A DNA stretch of 64,000 bases from Pirellulales bacterium. GTDB lineage: Bacteria > Planctomycetota > Planctomycetia > Pirellulales > UBA1268. Shown here piece after piece: positions 10,183-19,839 of the stretch. The DNA lies in NCBI GenBank assembly GCA_044336985.1, contig JBIIOK010000002.1, positions 4,199 to 68,198 on the forward strand. Direction: 5' to 3'. A program made the position numbers and the translations under genes. The first letter of the stretch is position 1, and every line of letters starts with the position of its first letter. Under the pieces are notes generated by a model, which did no database searches, was not told where the DNA came from, and was given only the letters and a program-made list of their open reading frames with translations.

Positions 10183-12194
10183 TGGCCGCGTTCGGGGCGG
10201 TAGCCGATCGACTTGCGGGGCCGCCGCTGCTTTCGGCCGCCTGGCCCGCCGCGCCCTCCGCGGGCCGTGGCAGGCCCGCCTCTGATGTGGTCGCCCGACG
10301 TGCTCTCCGTGAAGGCCTGCGTGGCCTCGCGGCGCTTCTTGTCGAGGGCCTCCTTCGGCGGCCGATCGGGAATCAGGCAGTCGCAGCCGGAGCCGATCAG
10401 GTCCTGCCGTCCGGATTGCTCGAGCGCCCGCCGCACCTCGAAGTAGTTTTCAGGCTTGAAGAATTGCAGGAGCGCCCGCTGCATCCGCCGGTCCTTCAGG
10501 CCCTTCGTCACCTTCACCGGCTCGCGCGTCATCGGGTCGAGGCCCGTGTAATACATGCAGGCGGCGATGTCGAACGGGCTCGGGATGAAGTCCTGCACCT
10601 GATCCGGCTTGTAGCTATTCCGCTTGAGGAAGAGGGCGAGGTCGATCATCTCCTCCACGCCGCTGCCCGGGTGGCTCGCGATGAAGTAGGGAACGGTGTA
10701 TTGCTTCTTCCCCACGCGGCGGCTGGCCGACTTGAAGGCCTTGTCGAACTCGACATAGTCGTCGGCCGACGGCTTCTTCATGAGGTTCAAGACCTCGGGG
10801 TCGGTGTGCTCCGGGGCCACCTTCAAGTGTCCGCCCACGTGGTGCTCCGCGAGCTCCTGCAGATACTCCGAATCGCGACGGGCCAGATCCATCCGCACGC
10901 CGCTGGCCACGAGCACCCGCTTCACGCCCTCCACGCTCCGCGCTTCGCGCATCAGGCTCTTGAGCGGGCCGTGGTCGGTGCCGAGGAGCTTGCAGACGGT
11001 GGGGTGGACGCAGGAGAGCCGCCGGCACTTCGCCTCGACCTCCGGCCGCGAGCACCGCATCTGATACATGTTGGCCGTCGGGCCACCGATGTCGGAGACC
11101 GTGCCCTTGAAGCCGGGCTGGCTGGCCAGGAGCTTGATCTCGGTGATGACCGATTCCTGACTGCGGCTCTGGATGATCCGCCCTTCGTGGGCCGTGATCG
11201 AGCAGAACGTGCAGCCACCGAAGCAGCCGCGCATGATCTGCACGCTGTTTTCCACGACCTCGAAGGCGGGAATTTTCGCAGCCCCGTAGGTCGGATGCGG
11301 TCGCCGCGTGAAGGGCAGGGCGTAGACCTGGTCCATTTCGTCCTGCTCGAGGGGCAGGGCGGGCGGATTGACGACGACGCTCTCACGGCCGTGGCGTTGC
11401 ACGAGCCGGCGGGCGTTGTGGGGATTCGTCTCGAGGTGCGAGATCCGCGTCATCTCGCAGAAGGAGAGCTTGTCTTTCGCGACCGAATCGTAATCGGGCA
11501 GCTCGATCGTGTCGGCCGCACCGCCCCCCGGGCCGGTCGGCGGCGGCTCGCTCGCGCCGAGCCGGTAGGCGATGCCGCGGAGATCGCGGAGTTCCTTCAA
11601 CGTCTTGCCGGCGGCGAGGCCGCAGGCCACATCGAGGATCGTCCGCTCGCCCATGCCGAAGACGACGAGGTCGGCCTTCGAGTCGAGGATGATCGAGCGG
11701 CGGACCGTGTCGCTCCAGTAGTCGTAATGCGCGATCCGCCGCAGGCTCGCCTCCACGCCCCCGGCCACGACGGGTACTCCCGGAAACGCCTCCCGCGACC
11801 GCTGGCAGTAGGCGAGCGTGGCCCGGTCGGGCCGCCGGCCGATCTCGCCGTTGGGCGAGTAGGCGTCGTCGTTGCGGACTTTCCGATTCGCCGTGTAGTG
11901 GTTGATCATCGAGTCCATGTTGCCGGCCGACACGCCGAAGAAGAGCCGCGGCCGGCCAAACTGCCGCCAGGGCTCGCACGACTGCCAGTCGGGCTGCGCG
12001 AGCATGGCCACGCGGAAGCCCGCCGCCTCGAGGAGCCGCGCGAGCAGGCCGTTGGCGAAGCTCGGGTGATCGACGTAGGCATCACCGCTCGCAAACACGA
12101 CGTCCACGGCGTCCCAGCCGCGCGCGAGCATCTCCTCACGCGTGGTTGGCAGCGGGGGCCTCGGGGCACGGTCAAGGACGAGCGGAAGCGGCAT
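10179..12194 (-). CDS. YgiQ-family radical SAM protein (UPF0313)
   Basis: ORF trimmed to MPLPLVLD. N-terminal [16 protein letters not shown], radical SAM cluster motif [12 protein letters not shown], and a basic C-terminal tail. Confidence 0.92.
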   Translation of the reverse strand: MPLPLVLDRAPRPPLPTTREEMLARGWDAVDVVFASGDAYVDHPSFANGLLARLLEAAGFRVAMLAQPDWQSCEPWRQFGRPRLFFGVSAGNMDSMINHYTANRKVRNDDAYSPNGEIGRRPDRATLAYCQRSREAFPGVPVVAGGVEASLRRIAHYDYWSDTVRRSIILDSKADLVVFGMGERTILDVACGLAAGKTLKELRDLRGIAYRLGASEPPPTGPGGGAADTIELPDYDSVAKDKLSFCEMTRISHLETNPHNARRLVQRHGRESVVVNPPALPLEQDEMDQVYALPFTRRPHPTYGAAKIPAFEVVENSVQIMRGCFGGCTFCSITAHEGRIIQSRSQESVITEIKLLASQPGFKGTVSDIGGPTANMYQMRCSRPEVEAKCRRLSCVHPTVCKLLGTDHGPLKSLMREARSVEGVKRVLVASGVRMDLARRDSEYLQELAEHHVGGHLKVAPEHTDPEVLNLMKKPSADDYVEFDKAFKSASRRVGKKQYTVPYFIASHPGSGVEEMIDLALFLKRNSYKPDQVQDFIPSPFDIAACMYYTGLDPMTREPVKVTKGLKDRRMQRALLQFFKPENYFEVRRALEQSGRQDLIGSGCDCLIPDRPPKEALDKKRREATQAFTESTSGDHIRGGPATARGGRGGPGGRKQRRPRKSIGYRPERGQ

Positions 12195-12289
12195 GACCAC
12201 CAATTCTACCCGCGAAAAAACGTGTTCGGAGTCCTGCCATCGCATTCCGAACTGGTATAGTCATTTCTTCCCGCCCGGAACCGTTGTGC

Positions 12290-13333
12290 ATGTCGTGGAT
12301 CACGCAGTTTGCAGGCAGTCTCTCGCTCGCCGCCGTGGCTCTGGCCGGGCCGGTTGCAGCGGTTGCGGAAGAGACAACGGCCACGCCGCCACCGGCCGCG
12401 GCCGCCCCGGCCGATGCGCCCGCCAAGCCCGCGGCCACGCCCGACGAGATCCGGGAGTGGATCGGCCAGCTCGGCTCCAAGCAATTCGCCCAGCGTGAGG
12501 CGGCCAGCCGCAGCCTCGCCGCCGCCGGCCTGCCCGCGATCGAGCCGCTCGCCGCGGCGATCCGGGGGGACGATTTCGAGGTCGCCAGCCGCGCGATGGA
12601 AATCCTGCGCGGGTTTCTCGAAGGGGAGGATGAGACGCTTGCCGCCGCTGCGGAGAAGCTCGCCGAGTCGATCGCGGAGGGGCCCGAGAGCGCCGTATCG
12701 AGCCTGGCGATCGCGATGCTCGATTTCCACCACCTCGGCATGGTCGAGGCCGCCCGCGAGAAACTCGAGTCGCTCGGCGCGATCATCACCGACGGATTCA
12801 TTCCCAGCGGCAGCCGCGGCACGATCGTCGTGCTCAATGCGTCGTGGCGGGGCACCGCCGACGACCTGCGGCTCCTCACGCGGCTGCGCGGCGTCGTGCA
12901 GGTGGGGCTCCGTGGCGTGCGGATCGACGAGCAGGCGCTCGGCATCCTGGGCCGGCTGCGGGGCGTCGAATCGCTGCAGTTCTATGGCACGGGGATCACG
13001 GAGGAGGCATTGGTCCAGCTCGCCGCCAAGCTTCCCGATGCCGAGATCGATTTCCGCAAGGGGGGCAAGCTTGGGGTGGGCGGGCAGCCGAACATCGGCC
13101 CCTGCCAGATCACGCAGGTGCAGGAGGGCTCGGCCGCCGCGAAGGCGGGCCTCCAGATCGGCGACATCGTCGTGAAGATCGACGACGAGCCGGTGCTCAA
13201 TTTCGAATCGCTCACGGAAAAGATGGGCAAGCGGGGCCCCGGCGAGAAGATCGAGCTCGAGGTCGAACGGGGTTTCCCCGGCGACAAGCCGGAGCGATTC
13301 AGCCGGACGGTGGAACTTGATGGATGGGAGTGA
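12290..13333 (+). CDS. secreted PDZ-domain protein with leucine-rich-repeat-like middle region
   Basis: Signal peptide MSWITQFAGSLSLAAVALAGPVAAVA. C-terminal PDZ-like GSAAAKAGLQIGDIVVKIDDEPV. Confidence 0.75.
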   Translation: MSWITQFAGSLSLAAVALAGPVAAVAEETTATPPPAAAAPADAPAKPAATPDEIREWIGQLGSKQFAQREAASRSLAAAGLPAIEPLAAAIRGDDFEVASRAMEILRGFLEGEDETLAAAAEKLAESIAEGPESAVSSLAIAMLDFHHLGMVEAAREKLESLGAIITDGFIPSGSRGTIVVLNASWRGTADDLRLLTRLRGVVQVGLRGVRIDEQALGILGRLRGVESLQFYGTGITEEALVQLAAKLPDAEIDFRKGGKLGVGGQPNIGPCQITQVQEGSAAAKAGLQIGDIVVKIDDEPVLNFESLTEKMGKRGPGEKIELEVERGFPGDKPERFSRTVELDGWE

Positions 13334-13342
13334 TGGTGCGCC

Positions 13343-14014
13343 ATGTCTGATACACGCGGTGAGATTGTCGATGTTCGCTGGCACGACCATGCAGTGACGC
13401 GGGGAGACCGCGAGCGGACGGCCGGCCACAAGGGCTGCGTGCTCTGGTTCACCGGCCTCTCCGGCTGCGGGAAGAGCACGCTCGCCAACGCCGTGGACCA
13501 CCGTCTCAATGGCCGCGGCATCCGCAGCTTCGTGCTCGATGGCGACAACGTCCGGCTCGGGCTCAATGCCGCCCCGGCCCTGCTCGAAAAGCGGCATGGT
13601 GCGGAGTTTGCGCAGCGGTTTGGATTGGGTTTTTCGGCGCAGGACCGCGAGGAAAACATTCGCCGGATCGGCGCGGTGGCCGAGCTCTTCGCCCAGGCCG
13701 GCATCATCGCGCTGACGGCCTTCATCAGCCCCTACCGCCGCGACCGCGACGCCGTGCGGGCCATGCTGCACGACGGCGATTTCGTGGAGATCCACGTCAA
13801 GGCTCCGCTCGAAGTCTGCGAAGGCCGCGACCCGAAGGGGCTCTACAAGAAGGCTCGCGCCGGCGAGATCAAGGGATTCACTGGGATCGACGATCCCTAC
13901 GAGGAGCCGCTCAAGCCGGAGATCGTCGTGGACTCCGCCGCCCGCACGCCCGACCAGCTCGCCGACGAAGTGATCGGCTGGCTCGAGCGGCAAGGCAAGA
14001 TCCCGGCCCTGTAG
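13343..14014 (+). CDS. cysC: adenylylsulfate (APS) kinase
   Basis: P-loop WFTGLSGCGKSTLA, LDGDNVR, FISPYRRDR. The stop TAG lies inside repeat A. Confidence 0.92.
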   Translation: MSDTRGEIVDVRWHDHAVTRGDRERTAGHKGCVLWFTGLSGCGKSTLANAVDHRLNGRGIRSFVLDGDNVRLGLNAAPALLEKRHGAEFAQRFGLGFSAQDREENIRRIGAVAELFAQAGIIALTAFISPYRRDRDAVRAMLHDGDFVEIHVKAPLEVCEGRDPKGLYKKARAGEIKGFTGIDDPYEEPLKPEIVVDSAARTPDQLADEVIGWLERQGKIPAL

Positions 14015-14109
14015 GACAGGCTTCAGCCTGTCGCCAAGTAGCCTTCAGGCTGCCCGTTTCTGGCAGGCTGAAGCTTGTCCTACTTTTGGCAGGCTAAAGC
14101 CTACCCTAC
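14011..14109. repeat. cluster of three family A units (14011-14032 plus strand; 14062-14083 and 14088-14109 minus strand) with a degenerate unit at 14037-14055
   Basis: Lies between convergent cysC and the VOC gene. The outer units carry both stop codons (TAG 14012-14014, CTA 14106-14108). Confidence 0.85.
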
Positions 14110-14642
14110 TTCGAGGGCGAGGGGCCGACGAGTTCCACGATGTTGCCGTCGGGATCGCGGACGCATGTCAGGAAGAGTTTGCCGGGGGCCGTCGTCTCGG
14201 GGATCGCGACGGGCGACTGCTTGAGCGGCTTCACGCCCAGCTTCTCGAGCCGCGCGAGCGCCGCCTTCTGATCGGCCACGATGATCGTGAGGTAGCGGAA
14301 GCCGGCGTGGGAGTGGATGAACTCGTTGTCGCCCGTACGGGGCGACGTGCCGGGAACCTGCATCAGCTTGAGCTTCGTCGCGGTGTCGCCCTCGCCGAGC
14401 ACGAGCACTCGGACCTTGAGTGGCTTTGAGTCGGTGAGGCCGGCGCCCGAGGCCACGTCGGCCGACACCTCGAAGCCTTTCACCTCCTTGAAGCCGATCC
14501 CCTCGGTGTAGAAGCGGACCGACTTGTCGAGATCGGTGACCACCGTGCCAAGATCGATCGTCGTCCGCAGAAACTCCGGCTCGGCGGCGGAGCAGGGGGC
14601 GAGGATTGCGGAGGCGAGGAGCAAGGCCAGCAGCGGGCGCAT
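14106..14642 (-). CDS. secreted VOC (glyoxalase/bleomycin-resistance/dioxygenase) family protein
   Basis: ORF trimmed to MRPLLALLLASAILAPCSA. VOC-like FYTEGIGFKEV ... RDPDGNIVELV. Confidence 0.8.
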   Translation of the reverse strand: MRPLLALLLASAILAPCSAAEPEFLRTTIDLGTVVTDLDKSVRFYTEGIGFKEVKGFEVSADVASGAGLTDSKPLKVRVLVLGEGDTATKLKLMQVPGTSPRTGDNEFIHSHAGFRYLTIIVADQKAALARLEKLGVKPLKQSPVAIPETTAPGKLFLTCVRDPDGNIVELVGPSPSK

Positions 14643-14689
14643 GGGAGTCCTTTCAGCGAAGGAGGTTGGACGACGTCGTCGGCAGTCTA

Positions 14690-14801
14690 CGAAAGCCCGC
14701 AGCGCAAGCAAGGTTCAGCCGCGATCCACTCCAGCCAGCGTCGCGCCCACCCGTCCCGCGAGAAAAGCCTCAACTCTCCTCGCTCGCGCTTCGGGCTTCC
14801 G
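14690..14801 (-). repeat. family C hairpin element, copy C3
   Basis: Arms 14690-14713 and 14778-14801. Lies in the 3' UTR position of rpoD, 7 nt after its TAA. Confidence 0.85.
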
Positions 14802-14807
14802 TGATTG

Positions 14808-16400
14808 TTAGTCGAGGAAGCCGGAGAGCTCCTCGCTGCGGGCCGGAGCCTGCAGCTTGCGGACGGCCTTCGCCTCGATCTGCCGGATCCGCTCGCGGGT
14901 CACCTTGAAGATGTGGCCCACTTCCTCGAGCGTGTAGCTGTAGCCGTCGCCGAGGCCGTAGCGGAGCTTGATGATCTCGCGCTCGCGGTAGGAGAGGCTC
15001 TTCAAGACCTTCGCGATCCGGTTCCGCAGCATCTCCTGCGCGGCACCCACGGCCGGGTTCTCGGCGCCGGTGTCCGGGAGAAGGTCGCCGAAGTGGCTGT
15101 CTTCGCTGTTGCCCACCGGGCGGTCGAGGCTGATCGGGTAGCGGCTCATCGCCGTTACGCGACGCGTCTCGTCCACCGGCGTGCCGGCCCGGGCGGCGAT
15201 CTCCTCGATCGTCGGCTCGCGGCCGTATTCCTGGAGCAGCGTGCGGGCGACATTCCGCACCCGCGACATCGTCTCCACCATGTGCACCGGAATCCGGATC
15301 GTGCGGCTCTGGTCGGCCACGGCGCGGGTGATGGCCTGGCGGATCCACCACGTGGCGTAGGTGCAGAACTTGAAGCCGCGGCGATACTCGAACTTGTCGA
15401 CCGCCCGCATCAGGCCCGCGTTGCCCTCCTGGATCAGGTCGAGGAACGAGAGGCCGCGATTGCGATACTTCTTCGCGATCGAGACGACGAGCCGGAGATT
15501 GCCCTCCGAGAGGCCGCGCTTCGCCTTCTGGTATTGGGCGTAGATCTGCTTGATCTCGGTGACGCGGCGCTTGAGGCTCTTCGGCGTCTCCTGGCAGGCC
15601 TTGAGGATCATCCGGTATTCGTCGACGAGCTTCTGGCGGGCCGAGGGCGGCTGCTTCGACTTCTTGTGGGATTCGATCTTGCTCTTGAGCTCCTTCAGCC
15701 TGACGACGAAGCCCTCGAGCGTCGGGATCATGGCCTCGATCCGCTGTGTCCGCAGGCCGAGTTCCTCGACGAGCCGCACGCAGCGGCGGCGGCGGCGGCC
15801 GAGCCGGGCCCAGGCCTCGCGGCGCTCCGCCATCTTCCGCTTCTTCGAGAGGGCGATCCGATAGTCGGACTTGTTCTGCCTGAGCAGCACGTCGAGCGTC
15901 CGCAGGTTGTGCGGGAGCCGGCCGAGGATTTGATCCTTCTCCAGGCGGTCGGTCACCGACACCTGCACCGTGCGGTCGAAGGGCAGCTCGCCGCGGTGCA
16001 CGCGGGCGAGCACCTTGTAGGCCTGCTGGCAGACATACTCGCACTCGAGCAGCTTGGCGCGGAACTGGGCGCGGGTGGTCTCGATCTGACGGGCCAGGAA
16101 GATCTCCTGGGCGCGGGTGAGCAGCGGAATCTCGCCCATCTGCGTCAGGTACATGCGGACGGGATCGTCCGACCAGTTCTCGACCTGCTCGATGAGGCCT
16201 TCTTCCGACTCGTTCGCCGTCTCGGCCTCGGCCTCAGCTTCGGCCTCGATCTCGCCTTCCGGCAGCACGCCCGCGTCATCGTCGACGAGCAGGTCAACGT
16301 CGGCCTCTTCGGCATCGACCACCTTGACCGTCAGGTCTTCAACCTCTTGGGGATTGGAGACAACATCGTCTTCGAGTTCGTCAAGCAGTGAGTCGTACAA
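14808..16400 (-). CDS. rpoD: primary RNA polymerase sigma factor (sigma-70)
   Basis: Region 2 [56 protein letters not shown], region 4 [27 protein letters not shown], acidic N-terminus. The first codon is TTG, preceded by GAAGGAG with 7-nt spacing. Confidence 0.95.
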   Translation of the reverse strand: MYDSLLDELEDDVVSNPQEVEDLTVKVVDAEEADVDLLVDDDAGVLPEGEIEAEAEAEAETANESEEGLIEQVENWSDDPVRMYLTQMGEIPLLTRAQEIFLARQIETTRAQFRAKLLECEYVCQQAYKVLARVHRGELPFDRTVQVSVTDRLEKDQILGRLPHNLRTLDVLLRQNKSDYRIALSKKRKMAERREAWARLGRRRRRCVRLVEELGLRTQRIEAMIPTLEGFVVRLKELKSKIESHKKSKQPPSARQKLVDEYRMILKACQETPKSLKRRVTEIKQIYAQYQKAKRGLSEGNLRLVVSIAKKYRNRGLSFLDLIQEGNAGLMRAVDKFEYRRGFKFCTYATWWIRQAITRAVADQSRTIRIPVHMVETMSRVRNVARTLLQEYGREPTIEEIAARAGTPVDETRRVTAMSRYPISLDRPVGNSEDSHFGDLLPDTGAENPAVGAAQEMLRNRIAKVLKSLSYREREIIKLRYGLGDGYSYTLEEVGHIFKVTRERIRQIEAKAVRKLQAPARSEELSGFLD

Positions 16401-16679
16401 GGCAATGCTCCTTCAAGGATCAATACAAGCGGACATTTCTGTCCTTGGCGTGCCGCTCCAGACACGTCCCGTCAAGCGTCCGTTTCCATCATTCGTGTGG
16501 CCGTCAGTGTGATTCAAGGCGCCGCCAATTCCAGTGTTCAAAAAAACAGCCCGGATGGCGGACGGCGAATGTGGCTGGGCAACCTGGGGCCACTGGGGGT
16601 GAGAAGAGTTGGAACCATCGTCACTGGCGAGGGTTTCCGGAGGGCTCAAGATTATGGCGGCGCGTCGGTCGCGGGGCCA

Positions 16680-16740
16680 ACTTTTTTTTGGAAAAAAGCA
16701 CGGGAATTTCGGCGATTCCGCCAAAAAATGGTAAAAAAAT
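16680..16740. promoter_or_regulatory. AT-rich tract in the divergent rpoD / 16820 intergenic region (probable promoter/UP region)
   Basis: CTTTTTTTTGGAAAAAAGC...CCAAAAAATGGTAAAAAAATCC stands out in otherwise GC-rich DNA. No clean -35/-10 could be assigned. Confidence 0.3.
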
Positions 16741-16819
16741 CCGGCCGGAGAATCTCTGCGGCCGCCGCCGGCGGCGGCCGCGCGGAGCCTCGCGGTTCGT
16801 TCCCGCCCGTCAACGACCG

Positions 16820-17347
16820 ATGCCGATGAAAACCTTTCTGCTTCCTTGCCCCTGTTCGGTGGACATTCCCGTGTCGGCTGGGCTGGCGGGTGGTCGCGTC
16901 GACTGTCCCTCCTGCGGGCGGTCAGTCGACGTTCCGAAGCTTCGCGATCTTTCGCTCCTGCGGGAGCAGCCATCGGCTGCCGCGACACAGACACGTTGGA
17001 GCCCGGCGCATGCGGTGTTGCTCGCTGGGACGGCCGTGGCGGTCTTTTGCTGGGCGGCCGCGATGCTCGTGCTGCCGCGTTCCGACGTCGCGTTCGATCT
17101 CGAGGCCATCCGTGCCGCCGTGCGGGCCGCGCCCGACCAAGACATTTATAGAGCGTGGAAGCAGGGGCTCTCCCGGTCGGGCGTGGCCCGGCCGCCCACG
17201 CCGGAGGAGCAGAAACTGCTTCGCACGAGCCGGTTTTCGGATGGCGTCTCCCGTGGGCTGCAGATCCTTGGTGGGCTTGGCGCCCTGGCCGCGGCCGCCG
17301 CGGCGGTGCGGGCATTTGCGAAACCGGCGGCGGGAGGCGGGCGATGA
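16820..17347 (+). CDS. hypothetical membrane protein with N-terminal zinc-ribbon-like CPC...CPSC motif
   Basis: ORF 16388..17347 trimmed to MPMKTFLLPCPCSV...CPSCGR. One central TM segment. The stop overlaps the next start (ATGA). Confidence 0.55.
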   Translation: MPMKTFLLPCPCSVDIPVSAGLAGGRVDCPSCGRSVDVPKLRDLSLLREQPSAAATQTRWSPAHAVLLAGTAVAVFCWAAAMLVLPRSDVAFDLEAIRAAVRAAPDQDIYRAWKQGLSRSGVARPPTPEEQKLLRTSRFSDGVSRGLQILGGLGALAAAAAAVRAFAKPAAGGGR

Positions 17348-18336
17348 AGGCGGCGTTTATCCGGAAGACGGGGGGCCCCGAGGAGATCGTGCACGGCGAT
17401 CTGCCCGATCCGGTGCCCGGGCCGCGGCAGGCGGTCGTCCGCGTGCGGGCCTGCGCCGTGAACCCCATCGATACCTACGTCCGCGCCGGCAGCGTCGCGA
17501 TGCCGCTCACGTTTCCGTTCGTCGTCGGCTGCGATCTGGCCGGCGAGGTCGTGGCCGTCGGCAGCGAGGTGGATCGGCTCAAGCCAGGGATGCGGGTCTG
17601 GGGATCGAACCAAGGCGTGCTCGGCCGGCAGGGCACGTTCGCGGAATTCGCCGCCGTCGAGGAGTGCTGGCTGCATCGCACGCCCGACAATGTGTCTGAT
17701 CGCGACGCGGCCGCCGCTTCGCTCGTCTCGATCACGGCGCACCTGGGGCTCGTCGGCAATGCGGCCCTGCAGCCGGGCGAGACGATCTTCGTCAACGGTG
17801 GCTCCGGCGGCGTGGGGTCGGCGGTCGTGCAGATCGCGAGGTTGCTCGGCGCCCGCGTGATCACCACGGCCGGCACGCTCGAGAAACGCGAGCGGGTGAA
17901 AAGTCTCGGTGCCGAAGTCGTGCTCGATTATCGCCGCAATGATCTCGTCGAGGCCGTGCTGGCCGCCGCGCCCGAGGGCGTGCACGTCTATTGGGAGACG
18001 CTCCGCGAGCCGCTGTTCGACCAGGCCGTGGCGATGCTGGGCGAGGGGGGGCGGATGGTGATCATGGCCGGCCGCGACGCCCGCCCGCCGTTCCCGGTCG
18101 GCCCGTTCTACGTGAAGGGCTGCAGGCTCTTCGGCTTCGTGATGTTCAAGGCCGATAGCCACGAGCAGGCCGCCGTGGCCGCGGACCTCAACCGCTGGAT
18201 GGCGGCCGGGAAGCTGCGGTTGCCGATCGACCGCGTACTGCCGCTTTCCGCCACGGCCGAGGCCCACGCCCTGCAGGAGTCGAGCACGATTGCCCGGTCG
18301 GGCGCCGTCGGCGGCAAGATCGTGATAGAGCCGTAG
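17344..18336 (+). CDS. NADPH:quinone oxidoreductase / zinc-type alcohol dehydrogenase family
   Basis: ORF trimmed to MKAAFIRKTGGPEEI. MDR motifs AVNPIDTYVRAG and NGGSGGVGSAVVQIA. Confidence 0.9.
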   Translation: MKAAFIRKTGGPEEIVHGDLPDPVPGPRQAVVRVRACAVNPIDTYVRAGSVAMPLTFPFVVGCDLAGEVVAVGSEVDRLKPGMRVWGSNQGVLGRQGTFAEFAAVEECWLHRTPDNVSDRDAAAASLVSITAHLGLVGNAALQPGETIFVNGGSGGVGSAVVQIARLLGARVITTAGTLEKRERVKSLGAEVVLDYRRNDLVEAVLAAAPEGVHVYWETLREPLFDQAVAMLGEGGRMVIMAGRDARPPFPVGPFYVKGCRLFGFVMFKADSHEQAAVAADLNRWMAAGKLRLPIDRVLPLSATAEAHALQESSTIARSGAVGGKIVIEP

Positions 18337-18419
18337 TAGGACAGGCTTTAGCCTGTCATCGGTCTACGAGCGGCAGCCGGAAGGCTACCCTACTTCTGAC
18401 AGGCTGAAGCCTGTCCTAC
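18336..18419. repeat. family A units (18336-18357 plus strand, 18398-18419 minus strand) with a degenerate half at 18377-18393
   Basis: GTAGGACAGGCTTTAGCCTGTC abuts the stop TAG at 18334-18336. The second unit lies 13 nt from the stop of the convergent gene. Confidence 0.8.
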
Positions 18420-18431
18420 TTTCAGCGCGAT

Positions 18432-19646
18432 TCAGAAGGAGCGGGCTGATCGCTGGGGCGGCTGCGGCTGCTCGTCCGGCGTGTCGCTGGCAGCCTCGCG
18501 CTCGCGCTTGATCTTCTGCAATTGCTCCTCGACGGCGGTCATGCCGGCCGAGATATTCGGAAACATCGACTGGAAGGCCGACGTGTTGCCACGCGGCTTC
18601 GGCGGCGCCGGCCGCTGGGGCGAAGGCTGTTGATTCGTCGTGGTCCGCGGCTGCCGAGCGGTCCGTGCCCGCTGCTGGATCGCCTGCGGCGCCTCGCGCA
18701 CCGGCGGCGGCTGCTTGGCAGTCTGTTGCGGCGAGGGCTGCGGCTTCGGCCGCTCCACCGTCTGCGGCTGCTGCACCGGTTGCATCGGCGGCGCCTGCGT
18801 CGACGCGGGCGACACGAACGACCGGTCGGCCTGCATGGCGATCCGCTCGGGCACGACGAGATACCGCACGGCCGGCGTCGTAGCGACGGCCTGCGGCTTC
18901 GTCTGCGGGGCCACAGCCGGCGGGGCTTCGATGTCGCTCTCCGTGGCGGGCTGCACGACCGAAACGATCTCCGGCTCGGCAGCCGGTTCAGCCGGCCCGA
19001 CGAGCTGCTCGACGGCGACGGTGGGCTCGCCGGCGGTCGGCGTGGTCGCGATTTCGGCGGGCGATTGCTCCGTTGCAGTGATGGTGTTTGCAATCGGGGC
19101 GTCGGTGATCGTCGTGCTGGCGACCGCCGCGGGCGCTGGTTCCACGGGGGTGACCACAGCCGCGGCGGCCGGCGTCGACGCCTGTTCGCCGGGCGCCCAG
19201 AGATCGGGCTGCGGGATTGCGTCTACGGGCTGGGGCGTGGGCAGCGCGGCGGCTGGGGCGGCCACCATCTGGGTATCGTCGGCGGCCTGAGCCTTCACGA
19301 GTTGGAAGGCGAGCAGCGGCTGCCCTTCGCGGATCGGATGCTTGAGGATAGCGCCATCGAACGAATCCTTCGGCCGCAGCGCGGCCGCCGGCATCATGGC
19401 CTTCGGCCAGTCGCGCAGCGCCACGTCCCAGACCGTCACAGAAGCGCCCTGCGGCAGCGACCGCAGCGCCACGAAGATTGGTTCGCTTTCAACCCTCGGC
19501 TTCGATTGCGCGAGATGCACGTCGAGCGCACGGTTCACGCCGAAGGCGGCAGCGGCGCCCGCGATGAAGGCGGCCGCAAAGACGGTGGTGGCGCGGGGTC
19601 GGTGACCCTTGCCGGATTGTTTCGACGTGCGTCCGTTCGTACTCAT
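18432..19646 (-). CDS. CpaB-like (SAF-domain) protein with long Pro/Ala/Gln-rich C-terminal half
   Basis: ORF trimmed to MSTNGRT. N-terminal TM, SAF-like FVALRSLPQGASVTVWDVALRDWP...IREGQPLL, then low-complexity sequence. Confidence 0.65.
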   Translation of the reverse strand: MSTNGRTSKQSGKGHRPRATTVFAAAFIAGAAAAFGVNRALDVHLAQSKPRVESEPIFVALRSLPQGASVTVWDVALRDWPKAMMPAAALRPKDSFDGAILKHPIREGQPLLAFQLVKAQAADDTQMVAAPAAALPTPQPVDAIPQPDLWAPGEQASTPAAAAVVTPVEPAPAAVASTTITDAPIANTITATEQSPAEIATTPTAGEPTVAVEQLVGPAEPAAEPEIVSVVQPATESDIEAPPAVAPQTKPQAVATTPAVRYLVVPERIAMQADRSFVSPASTQAPPMQPVQQPQTVERPKPQPSPQQTAKQPPPVREAPQAIQQRARTARQPRTTTNQQPSPQRPAPPKPRGNTSAFQSMFPNISAGMTAVEEQLQKIKREREAASDTPDEQPQPPQRSARSF

Positions 19647-19839
19647 GACCGTAGGCCTTTCGAGTCGCCCTGCAGTTCCGCCCATCCCACCTCATGTTCG
19701 TCATCGACAAGGCGCGATTGTGGCCGCCAGAACAGATCGCGACAGAGGCTTCGCTTGCCCGGTTTACTCATTTTCCGGGGCGTCTCGTGGCATGCGTCGG
19801 CAGGGTCGCCGCACTTTGCCGCGTTTGCCGCCGGAAGAG

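Noticed and set aside
10287-12260. 657-aa plus-strand ORF antisense to the YgiQ radical SAM gene. Similar antisense or off-frame ORFs: 1554..2543, 5729..7621, 12206..13993, 14805..16391, 21067..22707, 22983..24977, 24184..26175, 35529..37829, 51624..52610, 58500..59963, 61231..62508 and 62569..63732.
   Set aside because: These are typical shadow ORFs of high-GC genomes. They have no recognisable motifs and Arg/Ala/Gly/Pro/His-dominated composition, and each lies opposite or out of frame to a gene with strong family motifs.
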